Source of the DNA: an uncultured candidatus Porisulfidus sp. | Lineage (GTDB): Bacteria > Pseudomonadota > Gammaproteobacteria > Poriferisulfidales > Poriferisulfidaceae | Assembly: GCA_965204575.1 (NCBI GenBank) | Contig: OZ241993.1 | Span: forward strand, 512,001 to 576,000 | Direction: 5' to 3' | DNA: 64,000 nt | Shown: positions 63,103 to 64,000 of the stretch, one piece after another | How positions within the stretch are numbered: position 1 is the first letter of the stretch | Layout of the letters: every line of letters starts with the position of its first letter | Notes under the pieces: model-generated | What the model saw: the letters and a program-made list of their open reading frames with translations, nothing else | Database searches by the model: none | Told to the model about the DNA's origin: nothing | Program-made: the position numbers and the translations under genes

Positions 63103-63921
63103 TCACAGGTGCCGGATCAGGGCGAGCGCCAGTTCGGTCTCCCGCATGTCCAGCCGGAACACATTGGAGATGTCCGAGAAATACTGGCCCCAGCGGTGCT
63201 TTTCGTATTGAGTGTGACGGAGTTCGCCGCGTAGCGCGAAGTCCGTGCCGAGAGGGACTTCCATCCCGCCGCCGAAAGACCAGCCGGTCTGGTAGAAATC
63301 CCAGTGCGGGTCGCCGTCGATGTACTGGTCGTCGGTGCAACCGTCGCCGCGCGTACAGCCGCGGGAGCGGTAGCCGAAACTATTGTGCACGCGGCGCACG
63401 CCGGCCAGCAGGTACAGGCTGGAGTCGGCGCCGGCGAGCGTACGCAGGAAGGCCGGATTGCCGCCGAGCCGCAGCGTCAGGCCGAAACTGCGATCCTTCT
63501 CGAAGCGCCAGCGGTAGGGCCAGCTCTCGCCGGCCTGGTCGCGGCCGGGGGAGACGCCGACACCGGGCAACCGGCCGCGGGCAGTGCCGCCATGCACGGC
63601 AGCATCGAGCTCCGCTTCCAGGAACAGGCCGTCGGCGAAGGTTCGGCGATAGCCAAGCAGCAGGCCGACGCCGGCCAGAACCTCGCTGTCCTCGTCGCGG
63701 TCGCTCAGAACCCGGCCCAGGCCGGCGGGCACGGCTTGGGCGTGGTTGTGGAAAGTGCGCCCGAATTCCGGTTCCGCATCCGCGGCGGTCGCTTGGATGC
63801 CGATATGGAAGCGCCCGTCGCTCGCGGCGGCGGTTTGGGCTGCGAGCAGGCCGATGGCGAGCAGTGCCGCACCGCGCCCGATTCCGAGAACTGTCTGGGT
63901 TGGGTTGCGGAAGATGGACAT
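63103..63921 (-). CDS. Outer-membrane beta-barrel protein (small, 8-strand/Omp31-like)
   Basis: Signal peptide (AQTAAA-SD); alternating strands GLLLGY, GLTLRLG, YLLAG, GWSFGGG, LRGELRH; start uncertain (63921 or 63963). Confidence 0.75.
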   Translation of the reverse strand: MSIFRNPTQTVLGIGRGAALLAIGLLAAQTAAASDGRFHIGIQATAADAEPEFGRTFHNHAQAVPAGLGRVLSDRDEDSEVLAGVGLLLGYRRTFADGLFLEAELDAAVHGGTARGRLPGVGVSPGRDQAGESWPYRWRFEKDRSFGLTLRLGGNPAFLRTLAGADSSLYLLAGVRRVHNSFGYRSRGCTRGDGCTDDQYIDGDPHWDFYQTGWSFGGGMEVPLGTDFALRGELRHTQYEKHRWGQYFSDISNVFRLDMRETELALALIRHL

Positions 63922-64000
63922 GGCGATTTTTCCGGGGGCGGGCCAGAAGGCCAGGGCGAACATGGCGGCTTTCCATTATTCTAGAGCATGACAGTCGCGG

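Overview
High-GC chromosomal window, most likely from a Gammaproteobacterium (inferred from the lptD-surA-pdxA-rsmA and dnaA-dnaN-recF-gyrB gene orders and protein sequences). It appears to straddle the replication origin. Left to right: (1) a left-truncated TM0106-type nuclease/SF1-helicase coupled to the lptD-surA-pdxA-rsmA operon, which also carries an orphan hicB and a 14-codon probable hicA remnant; (2) a stand-alone, catalytically intact tnpB bracketed by a 22-bp imperfect inverted repeat; (3) an RND efflux pair, hppA, moaD, gpmI, a phd/vapC TA pair, xth and prlC; (4) gyrB-recF-dnaN-[oriC-like spacer]-dnaA; (5) two peptidoglycan enzymes, a metF-like gene, a DpsL-type ferritin, tRNA-Val(GAC) and an esterase; (6) a complete 14-gene nuoA-N operon; (7) two tandem DUF2799-like lipoproteins; (8) a lower-GC defence island (HEPN-MNT, AAA+/DUF4143 ATPase with tandem operators, an uncharacterised wHTH+HEPN-like pair, convergent type II R-M); (9) an OMP-acs-MFP-RND operon. 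The strongest novelty lead is the tnpB: the 3' (omegaRNA-end) sequence matches 20/22 nt of its own predicted -35 promoter region, suggesting RNA-guided self-repression or an unusual TIR-bounded tnpB element. The second lead is the wHTH+HEPN-like pair in the defence island. No CRISPR array or rRNA was seen. Family assignments come from motif recognition by eye; no searches were run.
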